DNA of 64,000 bases from Kiritimatiellia bacterium (GCA_045599445.1 JAZRWB010000027.1:1344-65343), one strand, 5' to 3'; numbered from the stretch's first letter, positions 51,844 to 60,740 are shown. Translations and numbers: made by a program. Notes: generated from the sequence alone by a model not told the origin.

Positions 51844-54798
51844 TTAATCGAATTGATGATAGAAAAGAACTCGCATACGATGATTGCCCGGCGCATTAGT
51901 CCAGCGCGGATCGCGCCAAACGAGCGCCACCGCGCGCGAACTCAGCTGCGGCGGAATTTGCCCAACCGCCCCACCTCCCATCATCATCGGCTCGGCGCGC
52001 ACGAAAATCAAAAAGAGCTGTTGCTTCACCGCAAAGCATTCGCGCCAAAATCCGTAAAGGAACTTGCGATCGACCTCGTCCAATTTATCGGTCTTGTCGG
52101 AAAGTTCGACTCCGCAAAATTCCTTCTCGCCGCCGGCGGAGCTTCCGCTCCAATCCAACGAATCGTATGCCTTCTCGAAGATGCTTTGAGCACCTTCGCC
52201 ACCATGTTCGCGGGCGGTAGAATTGAGACGATTCCGAAGCTCCATCGCGACTTCGCGCAAATCGTCCCACGCGAATCTGGCCTTGGAATTCGCTTCGCTG
52301 AACGCATAACTTTTATTGAAGGAGTCAGCCGTTTCCGGAATATTCGCCTCCGCCGCCAAATTAGTGGAAGCGACGCTCCAATCATAAGGCGTATTGGCGA
52401 AGGCCGGCATCAGTCCATCGGCCGTAGGCGCAAAAGGATTGAGCCGATAATCTCCCTGCCCGGCAATTAGCCCAAGCCCTTCGAACGAATCGCGGGTAAC
52501 ACCGCTACGCGGATAGCAATTATAGGTCTTCCACATAAGCGAACCGTTGAGGCAATCGCCGATGGAGGATGGGTAGTCCGCCCGATAGTCGGACGCGATA
52601 TCGCAAGACCCGGACATGAAGCTCGCGTTATTATTGAAGTTCCCGCTGATACGCGGCAAAAACGCGAGTTCGTAAACCGACTGCAGCTGCTCGCGATTGG
52701 AGACGAACATGAAGATATCGCGATCGCGACCGCCACCCAAAACCCCGTGCACCGCGTCAAGCCACGTCGACTTGCTCGCATCGGAACAGGTCATCCAATT
52801 CTCCGGCGCATGATTGTAGCGCGGATCCAAACAAATCAAATTCGTCGGCATAAAAGCCATCGCCTTGGGCTCTGCATCGATGGCGGCGATGTTAAAAAGA
52901 TCGGCCGCATCCGCCTTGAAGCGCAGAATCGGACACGCATCGCCTACAACCTTCCGGGCAAAGGGATCGCCCGACGACAACCCATCCGCACCCGCCGGGA
53001 CCTGATCCACCGCGTCCGCGCCTTCCTTAACGCGAATGAACGCCGCGGCGTAGAGGTTGACCGACGGCAACGTTCCGTTCTTGAATCCGGCCAAGAAGGA
53101 CTTGTCATCGCCAAACTCCTCAGACGCCATCTTAAGCGGGCTTTCGCCGTCGGCGACAAGCGGCGGCAAATTGCAATGCGCCGCGACAATCTCGCCGCTT
53201 TCCGGGTCGTCGGAGGATTTATAACGACGGGTAATGGTGAAAAGCGTCTTGGGTTGCAGCGAGCCGATGCCGTTTAACCGCATCGGCGAACAATCCATTA
53301 CCACGTCCGCTTCCCTTGTCTTGTTGGCGAAATCCGCGTCGATTGCGCCGGGGCAGCCGATGGTAATTATCCCGTTATCGGCGTAAGTCGCTCCCTGCTC
53401 AAAGTCACCGTCAACCGGCGCAAGCAGATCGCCGCCCCGAAGCCGCACGTCGGCGGAAGTGCAAAGGAAAAGCTTTACGCACGCTTCGGCCGAGAAATTG
53501 CGCCCGGAGAGATCGACGCGCTTGAAGGGAAATACCACCGTCGGGCGCAGCGTGCTCTTGCCGAGCTCAGCGCCAAGCTGAGCGATATCGAGACGATATT
53601 CGAAATCCTGCAGACGATAGTTTTCCTCTTCACCGGCGGGCCGCGGATCGCCGACAGGGCTGCCAACGAGCTTAAGCGAAGTCTTAATGTCGGTCTTAAC
53701 TCCAACGATCATCGGAACCTGTTCGACGGTCGGCACCGCCAACGACACGGGAACGTGATCGCGGTCGAGATAATCGTACAGGCAACAATAATCCATAACC
53801 GAAAGCTCGTTCTTGAACTCGCCTTGCCAAGCGTCGATGCAATCGGAAATCTTCGCGTGCCCACTGCCGCTGAATTGAAAGGGTTGACCATCGGCGGTGT
53901 TGAGATTCAATAACTCCTCCCCTTCCGTCGTCTCGCCGACAATATCTAAAGGCAAGTAACTATCGGTGATGAAGTTCATCATTCGCAGGGTTTCGGCACG
54001 GGCGTCGCTTCTATCGGTCGAAGAAATGCCGTAGAAGTTGTCGCCGCTTTTTAGATATTGGCAAAACGGACTGTTGACCTCGCCAAATTTTCTCTCGCCC
54101 ATAGCAAGATTCCAGTCCGCCAGCGAAACGAGCGGTATCTTCTCCTCGGTTATCGCCTGTTTGCCACCCTCGTCGTCTTCTGCCAGGTCCTCGCGGAAGT
54201 CCTCCATGAACGCATCCCATTTGTCCGCTCCCGTAGAGGAGGAGCCGCTCGCGCCGTGCTTCTCAAACACATGCGATAGCGTAAGCTTGCGATTGCCGAA
54301 ATTGCGTCGGCTGTCGGCCTTAAGCCGGTTGATGTCGAGGCAATGCGAAACGTCAATCGCGGTAAAGGCGAAGCGCCCGGCATCGAAGCTGAATTTCTCC
54401 CATTTAGCCGAAGACGACAGACGGGAGAATCGCCGTGCCTCGTTGACCAGCGGCGGCGGAATGTAGGCGAGTCCTTCAAGCGTCAGCGTGGACACGGTTT
54501 CCGTCGGCGAAACGAGCCGCGAACCCACGTACACTCCGTTCGTCCAGTTGTTGCCGTTCGCGTTATCCGGCACTCCGGGATGCGGATTGTTGCCGATAGC
54601 GCCGTCGATTCGCTGCATTGCCTCGGCAAGCGCGGCCTTGGCAAGTTGACGCGAAAGCGAAGTGCGGCGAAGATAGCTCGATGGCAAGCGCGAAGAGCGC
54701 AAATAAGCGGAAAGCCCAACGGCGGAAATCACCATAAAAGCGAGCATTCCGAGAACGATCAGGAGGGCGCTACCCTTTCTCGAAGACATCGCGCTCAT
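51844..54798 (-). CDS. GspK-like minor pseudopilin, greatly enlarged (984 aa)
   Basis: The N-terminus SRKGSALLIVLGMLAFMVISAVGLSAY matches the GspK-type pattern (R/K-G-x-A-L-L-x-V-L and no Glu5). The remaining ~940 aa I cannot assign. There is a 1-nt TAATG overlap with the upstream gene. Confidence 0.65.
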   Translation of the reverse strand: MSAMSSRKGSALLIVLGMLAFMVISAVGLSAYLRSSRLPSSYLRRTSLSRQLAKAALAEAMQRIDGAIGNNPHPGVPDNANGNNWTNGVYVGSRLVSPTETVSTLTLEGLAYIPPPLVNEARRFSRLSSSAKWEKFSFDAGRFAFTAIDVSHCLDINRLKADSRRNFGNRKLTLSHVFEKHGASGSSSTGADKWDAFMEDFREDLAEDDEGGKQAITEEKIPLVSLADWNLAMGERKFGEVNSPFCQYLKSGDNFYGISSTDRSDARAETLRMMNFITDSYLPLDIVGETTEGEELLNLNTADGQPFQFSGSGHAKISDCIDAWQGEFKNELSVMDYCCLYDYLDRDHVPVSLAVPTVEQVPMIVGVKTDIKTSLKLVGSPVGDPRPAGEEENYRLQDFEYRLDIAQLGAELGKSTLRPTVVFPFKRVDLSGRNFSAEACVKLFLCTSADVRLRGGDLLAPVDGDFEQGATYADNGIITIGCPGAIDADFANKTREADVVMDCSPMRLNGIGSLQPKTLFTITRRYKSSDDPESGEIVAAHCNLPPLVADGESPLKMASEEFGDDKSFLAGFKNGTLPSVNLYAAAFIRVKEGADAVDQVPAGADGLSSGDPFARKVVGDACPILRFKADAADLFNIAAIDAEPKAMAFMPTNLICLDPRYNHAPENWMTCSDASKSTWLDAVHGVLGGGRDRDIFMFVSNREQLQSVYELAFLPRISGNFNNNASFMSGSCDIASDYRADYPSSIGDCLNGSLMWKTYNCYPRSGVTRDSFEGLGLIAGQGDYRLNPFAPTADGLMPAFANTPYDWSVASTNLAAEANIPETADSFNKSYAFSEANSKARFAWDDLREVAMELRNRLNSTAREHGGEGAQSIFEKAYDSLDWSGSSAGGEKEFCGVELSDKTDKLDEVDRKFLYGFWRECFAVKQQLFLIFVRAEPMMMGGGAVGQIPPQLSSRAVALVWRDPRWTNAPGNHRMRVLFYHQFD

Positions 54799-55256
54799 TA
54801 GTTACGCTCCTCGATGGTGAGCCGATTGAAGTTCGGTATACAACAGCCGCTGACGTATTTCCACTTGTCCGGCGACGGCACCTTGCCGGATTTGATCGTA
54901 ACCCGGTAAGGGTGGCCCCACGGATCGAGAATCTCCCCGCTACCGCTTAACGAGGCGTTGAACAAAACCGGAATATCCGCCGCAGCGTCGCCGCCGCTGG
55001 CATGACCGAGGATGAACCCGAGCGAATCCTCGCCGGCCGGCTGATCGTCCATATCCTCGGGAAGCTCGTAATCCCCGCCGCGGGCGAAATTCTCGTAGGC
55101 GAGAATCGCGTTCGTCATTTCCTTCACCTCGGCGGTCGCCTTTTCGATTCGCGCCCGCTTCTGAGCCCCGATTACCGAGGTGCTGACCGAAGCGGTGAGA
55201 ATCATGATCATCGCGATCACGACCACCAACTCGACCAAAGTAAACGCCTTTTTCAT
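54798..55256 (-). CDS. GspG-like pseudopilin (152 aa)
   Basis: ATG 55256 (ATGA overlap) gives MKKAFTLVELVVVIAMIMIL. KRARIEKATAEVKEMTNAILAYE and LDPWGHPYRV are typical of T2SS major pseudopilin G. Confidence 0.8.
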   Translation of the reverse strand: MKKAFTLVELVVVIAMIMILTASVSTSVIGAQKRARIEKATAEVKEMTNAILAYENFARGGDYELPEDMDDQPAGEDSLGFILGHASGGDAAADIPVLFNASLSGSGEILDPWGHPYRVTIKSGKVPSPDKWKYVSGCCIPNFNRLTIEERN

Positions 55257-55747
55257 TGCAAACTTTCGCTTTCCGGCCAAGTGGTGATATCGTCGTAGGT
55301 GTCCGCTTCGCCGTCAGGGCCCCACGATGTCACTCCAACGGTGTAGCTCTTGACGGAACGGGCGCCACCCTCGTTGCCGACCGCCTGGTTCGCCATCTGC
55401 TGGATATCAATGCTGCTGTTAAACCTCGCCATCTCGCTCGATTCGCCGGAAGTCGGGGAATTCGCCCCTTTGGCGGCGTTACCTACACATGCCCGAGTAC
55501 GCAAAACACCATTTTCATCCCAAAGCCCGGTTACGAGACCGACTTCGTTGCCGTGAAAAAACACATTGTCCGCGCCCTTTTGCAACGACGCAATGTTACC
55601 ACGGGTAACGTCCATGTCGACAACGCCCGCGACACCAGTGCGCCAGGCGATCGACGACTGGTTGAAAATCATAGTGAGAATCGTCACCAGCATCCCCAGC
55701 AGAAGCGATGCCACCAGAAGCTCGAGAATGGTAAAGCCCCGCTTCAT
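55253..55747 (-). CDS. Pseudopilin (164 aa; GspJ/PilW-like N-terminus)
   Basis: MKRGFTILELLVASLLLGMLVTILTMIF is a prepilin-type N-terminal methylation motif with Glu5. Confidence 0.75.
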   Translation of the reverse strand: MKRGFTILELLVASLLLGMLVTILTMIFNQSSIAWRTGVAGVVDMDVTRGNIASLQKGADNVFFHGNEVGLVTGLWDENGVLRTRACVGNAAKGANSPTSGESSEMARFNSSIDIQQMANQAVGNEGGARSVKSYTVGVTSWGPDGEADTYDDITTWPESESLQ

Positions 55748-56271
55748 TTGTTCGGGTCTCCTTGGAAGCGCACTTCGGTGTAGTAAATCGGCATCGCCAA
55801 AAGCAAGCTGGTTTTGGCGGTCGCTCGAAAAGCCAACTTGGCAATCGGCGAATCCTTCTCGCGAATCAGCACGACTCCGAAATCCATGCCGGAAGCCCCG
55901 GCGGCCCCGTTTAACGTACCCAAGACCGTACTGACCGGATAACCGACGCGATTCAACTCATCAAGCGCCGACTTCGCCACGGACGTAATGTCGTTTTTTA
56001 CCATCCCCGTGGATTCGTTCAGATAATCGGCCCATCCGCGAGCGGGCGTGGTTTTGAGCGCGTTAAACTTCGACCACGCCAAGTCCTTGTCTCCGCAGGC
56101 CATGATAAACGGCCCCAAGACGGCATCGGCGAGCGCCGAACCCGCGACATCTTCACGGCTTTGAGTGTTTTCGCGGAAGCCAAGCGAATAAAGGGAAACC
56201 ATCGCAAGCACTCCTCCCGCCATGATCATCATGGCGAGCGTGACTTCAATTAACGTAAACGCCTTTTTCAT
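55744..56271 (-). CDS. Pseudopilin (175 aa; GspI/PilV-like N-terminus)
   Basis: MKKAFTLIEVTLAMMIMAGGVLAMVSLY is a prepilin-type motif with Glu5. Confidence 0.75.
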   Translation of the reverse strand: MKKAFTLIEVTLAMMIMAGGVLAMVSLYSLGFRENTQSREDVAGSALADAVLGPFIMACGDKDLAWSKFNALKTTPARGWADYLNESTGMVKNDITSVAKSALDELNRVGYPVSTVLGTLNGAAGASGMDFGVVLIREKDSPIAKLAFRATAKTSLLLAMPIYYTEVRFQGDPNK

Positions 56272-56274
56272 CGC

Positions 56275-57096
56275 TTAATTCGATTGACTCGCCGTCGGAT
56301 TCTCGGTCGTGCCCACCTTGCTGGCCGTCAAATCCCCACCGCTACCCTGCCGCAAGGCGTAGATTCCGATGGTGGAGCCGCCTGCGCCGCCATCGCTGGA
56401 AAACACCATCGTGCTTTCCCCCTTGATTGGATCGGTGACGCTAGTCGAAAAACTGCTACCGAAAATATAGCCCTTGGGTAAGGTCAATCGCTGAAACTCC
56501 ATACCGTACTGGTCGCCGCCTTTCCATTCACCCGCACTACCGTCCAAACAGACGAAGCCGTATTGTTCGGGGATGAAATGGTCGTCGGCCGCGCCAAGTC
56601 CTTGCTCGGAGACGTTCAATAGCGAATATTCCGCGTCACCGGACTTTTTGACCAATTCGCTAATTCGACTGTATTTAAGCTCGTTTTGCGAAAGGCGATA
56701 TAGACGCATGCCACGCTCCTTTTTGTTGGATTCCGCGCCCTCCGCCATCGTATCGTAGGAGTTGCTCAAATCGGAAAATTCGTCGTACAGCGTATCGCCC
56801 TGGACGCGCGAGATTCTGCCGGTCATACGCACGGCGATTGCCTGCCCGACCACCACTTCGCGTTCCGTATCGTTGCCGCGCAAAGTTTCGTTGTAGAAAT
56901 AAATCGCCGTCGGCCGACGCTCGATGAGCGCACGTTCGTAAACCGCGTGGATGAATTGACTCGCCACTTGCACGGCCGAACGCTCCTCCATTCCGCGGTT
57001 AATCGCCCGATACGCACCGACCGAAATCGTCCCCAAAAGGCCCATGATGCCAATCACGACCAATAGCTCGACTAAGGTAAATCCGCGCGTTTTCAT
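56275..57096 (-). CDS. Pseudopilin (273 aa; GspH/FimT-like N-terminus)
   Basis: MKTRGFTLVELLVVIGIMGLLGTISVGAY is followed by ERSAVQVASQFIHAVYERALIERRPTAIYF. Confidence 0.75.
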   Translation of the reverse strand: MKTRGFTLVELLVVIGIMGLLGTISVGAYRAINRGMEERSAVQVASQFIHAVYERALIERRPTAIYFYNETLRGNDTEREVVVGQAIAVRMTGRISRVQGDTLYDEFSDLSNSYDTMAEGAESNKKERGMRLYRLSQNELKYSRISELVKKSGDAEYSLLNVSEQGLGAADDHFIPEQYGFVCLDGSAGEWKGGDQYGMEFQRLTLPKGYIFGSSFSTSVTDPIKGESTMVFSSDGGAGGSTIGIYALRQGSGGDLTASKVGTTENPTASQSN

Positions 57097-57662
57097 TTGG
57101 TAACCGACATGTGATCGGTGGGAACGGAGTAGATTAACTTGAAGCGGCGAAAATAGCCGTGCTCCGGCTCGGGATAACCGAACACCATTTCATTGATGCG
57201 GTTCAACTTCTTGGGCGACGACTTGGAACCGTGAATCGCCGTGTGCATATCCATACCCGTGGTCTTGTCGCCGATGGACCCGGCGCGCGCCACAAAAAGA
57301 CTCATAACGTCCAGCAGCGGACTGGTATTGCCGTCCACCGATTTGCGCACCACATCGCGAATGCAATCGTCGGTCTCCGAAGTCGTGAGCTGATAACGGT
57401 CGGGATCAGTTTGGTTATTAGCGCCAATCACGTTACCGCCCTGTTGCACATTTTCCGGATCAAATCCGCCAGGCCACTGGTTGTATTGCGCGTAATAGGT
57501 CATGATGCCCGCTTGAACGGTTCTCACCAATGCATCCGCGCGGTTGATTCTAGCTTGCTTGATAGCACCGGTGGCGGCGGTAATTACAATCGTCAGAAGT
57601 ACGGCGAGAATGCCGACCACCATCATCAACTCCACAATGGTAAAACCGCGCCGTTTCATCAT
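57093..57662 (-). CDS. Pseudopilin (189 aa; GspG-like)
   Basis: ATG 57662 (ATGA overlap) gives MMKRRGFTIVELMMVVGILAVLLTIV. The longer track ORF (to 57932) is an Arg-rich extension overlapping the upstream gene. Confidence 0.8.
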   Translation of the reverse strand: MMKRRGFTIVELMMVVGILAVLLTIVITAATGAIKQARINRADALVRTVQAGIMTYYAQYNQWPGGFDPENVQQGGNVIGANNQTDPDRYQLTTSETDDCIRDVVRKSVDGNTSPLLDVMSLFVARAGSIGDKTTGMDMHTAIHGSKSSPKKLNRINEMVFGYPEPEHGYFRRFKLIYSVPTDHMSVTK

Positions 57663-58252
57663 TTGGCCCTTCGCGCCTGTCCGGCGCCCCAACTGTAAAC
57701 GTCGTCTTTGCGAGCGCCGATCGAATACGCTTCGAGTTTGCCGTCCTTGCCGGCGCACCAAACGATCGCCGAAGCGCGAACCTTCACGCTTTCGCCGCCG
57801 ACATCGGCCTCGACGATGCCATCGCCGTCCATATCCACCGCATAATGGACGATGTGATCGAAATCCGTCCCTCGATAAACATCGCCCAAAGAAGCGCTCG
57901 CGCCTTTGCGCTTGACAACGGCCGCGCCCCACGGATCAAGGATTCCCAAACGATCAAGGCCAATCAATCGATCCTGTTCGCGATTATAATTTAGCGGAAA
58001 ATAATTGCCGCGGGCGAGCGGTAGCGCATTCTGCGCGTCCAACACCCCTTGCTCCTCCATACCCTTAGGCCAAAATCCCTCTCGCTGATACATGGACGAG
58101 AGCGCCGTCGCCACGTTGTGCACAAGTTCCTGCGCCTTGGCCTTGTCGGCGGTTTTGGTCATTTTGGAATATGCCGCCATCGACGCCGCCATCAAAATAG
58201 CGATAATCCCGATTACGATCAGCATTTCAATCAAAGTAAAACCGCGTTTCAT
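57659..58252 (-). CDS. Pseudopilin (197 aa; GspG-like, candidate major subunit)
   Basis: MKRGFTLIEMLIVIGIIAILMAASMAAYSKMTKTADKAKAQELV, with a C-terminal ...WCAGKDGK pilin-like end. Confidence 0.8.
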   Translation of the reverse strand: MKRGFTLIEMLIVIGIIAILMAASMAAYSKMTKTADKAKAQELVHNVATALSSMYQREGFWPKGMEEQGVLDAQNALPLARGNYFPLNYNREQDRLIGLDRLGILDPWGAAVVKRKGASASLGDVYRGTDFDHIVHYAVDMDGDGIVEADVGGESVKVRASAIVWCAGKDGKLEAYSIGARKDDVYSWGAGQARRAK

Positions 58253-58265
58253 GGCATCCTCCGAA

Positions 58266-59438
58266 TCAATTGCTCATACTGGTGATGTCGTCCTCAATCC
58301 AAAGCCCGATTAGCGGATTTGCCCTGTCACCCATACTTTCGCGAGGAATCCAAGGCGGAAAAGTCCGTCCGTTGGGACCGGCCGACCACAACACGTATCC
58401 CTGATGCGGTGAAGGCGAATAATAGTAAAATTGGTTGCCCCAGCCATCGCGCACCGTGACCTTATCCAGCACATATTGCTGACTGTGCGAACCGCCACCG
58501 CCCGGCGTATAGACATCGATGCCGAAATTGTCATTGCGTAAATTCTTGTCGTAGTAATCTCCGGAGGTAATGTTGATTCCGAACAGCGTCCAGGAATGCT
58601 CGCACGATACCATACCCTCGAGATTGGGCATCCACCGAGCCGTTACCGCCTGAGTGGGAATGTTAATCACCCGCGCAAGATCCGAGCGGTTTTTGCCGGA
58701 ATTGATCACACTGTTATGCAATTCGCTCCAGCCGAAATTGTTGCCGTTGAACGGATCGCTGGGCGCATCGTTATTGTCGGTCCACTGCCTATATTTGGTG
58801 TAAAACGACTCATCGCCGTTCATCATTACGAGATAGCGCGGCAGCAAATAGCTCATAAGCCCGAACTTGAAGAGCTGCAACTTGCGCCAATCCACTTCGT
58901 TGGTATAGGGGTTGAACCGACCGATGCTACTGCCATTGCCCACGCCGTCGTCGAACCCGGCCTCCAACTTCGCCTTGGTATCCTCGCTCAAGTCGCTACT
59001 GTCGGAGGCCTTGATCTTGAGCTCGTCGCTAATTCGCTCAATTCTTTCCTTCCAGCCGCTGGGAAACGGAAAACACGCTTCGACCGGCTGGGACCGGCAC
59101 GCCGCACTGACTTGCTGCCAGGCTCTCAACTCTTCTTGGTCGCCGATTTTCTTCCACCCCCAGATCTCGTCGTTTACCTCGTCATTCTGATTTTGCACAT
59201 CTTGCGACTCGGCAACGGCATAAATGTCGCGCGTACCATGTACTTTGACTGGAGGATAGTTGCCGAACGCGGCATAATATCCAGATAGACAATTTTCCAG
59301 CCGTTGCATACGATTAATGGTGGTGGCGCGACGTTTGACGTCATCGCCGACCGTTCCCAGACGAACGACCATCGTCATCAAAGTTACGAGAACGACGACG
59401 ACAATCAGAAGCTCGACGAGCGTGAAGCCCTTTTTCAT
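58266..59438 (-). CDS. Large pseudopilin (390 aa), first gene of the operon
   Basis: ATG 59438 gives MKKGFTLVELLIVVVVLVTLMTMVV. The C-terminus ...YYYSPSPHQGYVLWSAGPNG is pilin-like. The longer track ORF start (59477) lies inside the predicted promoter. Confidence 0.8.
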   Translation of the reverse strand: MKKGFTLVELLIVVVVLVTLMTMVVRLGTVGDDVKRRATTINRMQRLENCLSGYYAAFGNYPPVKVHGTRDIYAVAESQDVQNQNDEVNDEIWGWKKIGDQEELRAWQQVSAACRSQPVEACFPFPSGWKERIERISDELKIKASDSSDLSEDTKAKLEAGFDDGVGNGSSIGRFNPYTNEVDWRKLQLFKFGLMSYLLPRYLVMMNGDESFYTKYRQWTDNNDAPSDPFNGNNFGWSELHNSVINSGKNRSDLARVINIPTQAVTARWMPNLEGMVSCEHSWTLFGINITSGDYYDKNLRNDNFGIDVYTPGGGGSHSQQYVLDKVTVRDGWGNQFYYYSPSPHQGYVLWSAGPNGRTFPPWIPRESMGDRANPLIGLWIEDDITSMSN

Positions 59439-59447
59439 ATATCCTAA

Positions 59448-59477
59448 ATTATACCACAACCGCGCCCGCGAGGGCAA
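59448..59477 (-). promoter_or_regulatory. Promoter of the pseudopilin operon (-35 TTGCCC, 18 nt spacer, extended -10 TGGTATAAT)
   Basis: The minus strand reads TTGCCC (59477..59472), then 18 nt ending in TG-G, then TATAAT (59453..59448). Only 9 nt (TTAGGATAT) separate the -10 box from ATG 59438. Confidence 0.6.
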
Positions 59478-59522
59478 GTATTCAATGAGACCACCTGAAT
59501 CCTACAGCGTGGTTGCTGCATC

Positions 59523-60698
59523 CTACAGTCTTCCCACTGGCAAGACTTGGATGTTTCGTGAAAGCAGCACCGGACTTTCGACAAGACAAACAAGCGTGCC
59601 ATTCCCCAATTTGACCCCTTCCGAAGCAACCTTGGCAAACGCCTTTACATCCTTCAAGGATGGCGAAGCCGACTTTTTAATCTCTATTGGGTTCAACACC
59701 CCGTCTTGCTCGACGAGTAAATCAATTTCAGTTCCTGCCTTGTCCCGATAAAACCAAACTGGCGCCTCACGCCCAGAATTCCAAAACTTGCGAATAATCT
59801 CCGAAACAACAAATGTCTCCAGCATCGCGCCACTCATCGCGCCACTCGCCAATGTTTGGGCACTTGTCCATCCCGTTAGATAGCTGCAAAGTCCCGTATC
59901 CATAAAATACACTTTGGGAGTTTTGACTATCCGCGAGGTAATATTGGCAGAATATGGGCGCAAAAGATAAACCAACCCGCACGACTCAAGTATTGAAAGC
60001 CAAGCGCGTGCCGTCGGTTGGGAAATCCCAACGTCGCGAGCAACTTCGGATAGATTCAAAAGATTTGCGGTACGCGCGGCAATTACCTTGAGAAACTGCA
60101 AAAATTGCAATTCATCGGCTATTTTGGTAATTTCTCGCACATCGCGCTCGATATAGGTTTTTACATAAGACCCGTAAAACACCTGAACATCCTTAACCCT
60201 ACCCGAAACCAAGGCCGGATAACTTCCTCGTTGAATACGTTGGAAAATAGCCATTGCGTCATCGGCCTTATCCAATGATTTTCGGCTCAGCTCCTCTGAC
60301 TGAACTATACCACCCAACGAAAGAATTCCAACTCGCCCCGCCAATGATTCTCCCACATTCTTCATCAACTGGAATTGCTGCGATCCCGTTAACCAATATA
60401 GCCCCATTTCTTCTGGACGAGCATCAACCGTTAATTTAATATGCTCCAATAATTGTGGTGCATATTGAAACTCGTCGATAATTACCGGCGGTTGATACGC
60501 CTGTAAAAACAATGCAGGATCGCTAACCGCCAATTTTCTTACTATTGGATCGTCTAAAGTGATAAATCGACGAGAATGATCCAACATCTTTAAAAGAGTT
60601 GTCTTACCTACCTGACGTGCACCAGTAAGCATTACTACTGGAAATTGTTTGGAAATATCCAATATGGTTGATTCCAAGGCTCTTTTTATCAATTTCAT
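59523..60698 (-). CDS. AAA-superfamily ATPase with a DUF4143-type C-terminal domain (COG1373-like)
   Basis: VVMLTGARQVGKTTLL (Walker A) and VIIDEFQYAP (Walker B), in a 391-aa protein. The architecture matches AAA_14 plus DUF4143 proteins as I recall them. The gene is visibly more AT-rich than its neighbours. Confidence 0.75.
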   Translation of the reverse strand: MKLIKRALESTILDISKQFPVVMLTGARQVGKTTLLKMLDHSRRFITLDDPIVRKLAVSDPALFLQAYQPPVIIDEFQYAPQLLEHIKLTVDARPEEMGLYWLTGSQQFQLMKNVGESLAGRVGILSLGGIVQSEELSRKSLDKADDAMAIFQRIQRGSYPALVSGRVKDVQVFYGSYVKTYIERDVREITKIADELQFLQFLKVIAARTANLLNLSEVARDVGISQPTARAWLSILESCGLVYLLRPYSANITSRIVKTPKVYFMDTGLCSYLTGWTSAQTLASGAMSGAMLETFVVSEIIRKFWNSGREAPVWFYRDKAGTEIDLLVEQDGVLNPIEIKKSASPSLKDVKAFAKVASEGVKLGNGTLVCLVESPVLLSRNIQVLPVGRL

Positions 60699-60704
60699 GT
60701 GATT

Positions 60705-60733
60705 ATGATAACATATTTATCTGCTACCGTCAA
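60705..60733 (-). promoter_or_regulatory. Near-consensus promoter of the AAA ATPase gene (-35 TTGACG, 17 nt spacer, TGT-TATCAT); predicts a leaderless mRNA
   Basis: The minus strand reads TTGACG (60733..60728), then 17 nt, then TATCAT (60710..60705) preceded by TGT. Only 6 nt (AATCAC) separate the -10 box from ATG 60698, and there is no SD. Confidence 0.6.
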
Positions 60734-60740
60734 GAATATG

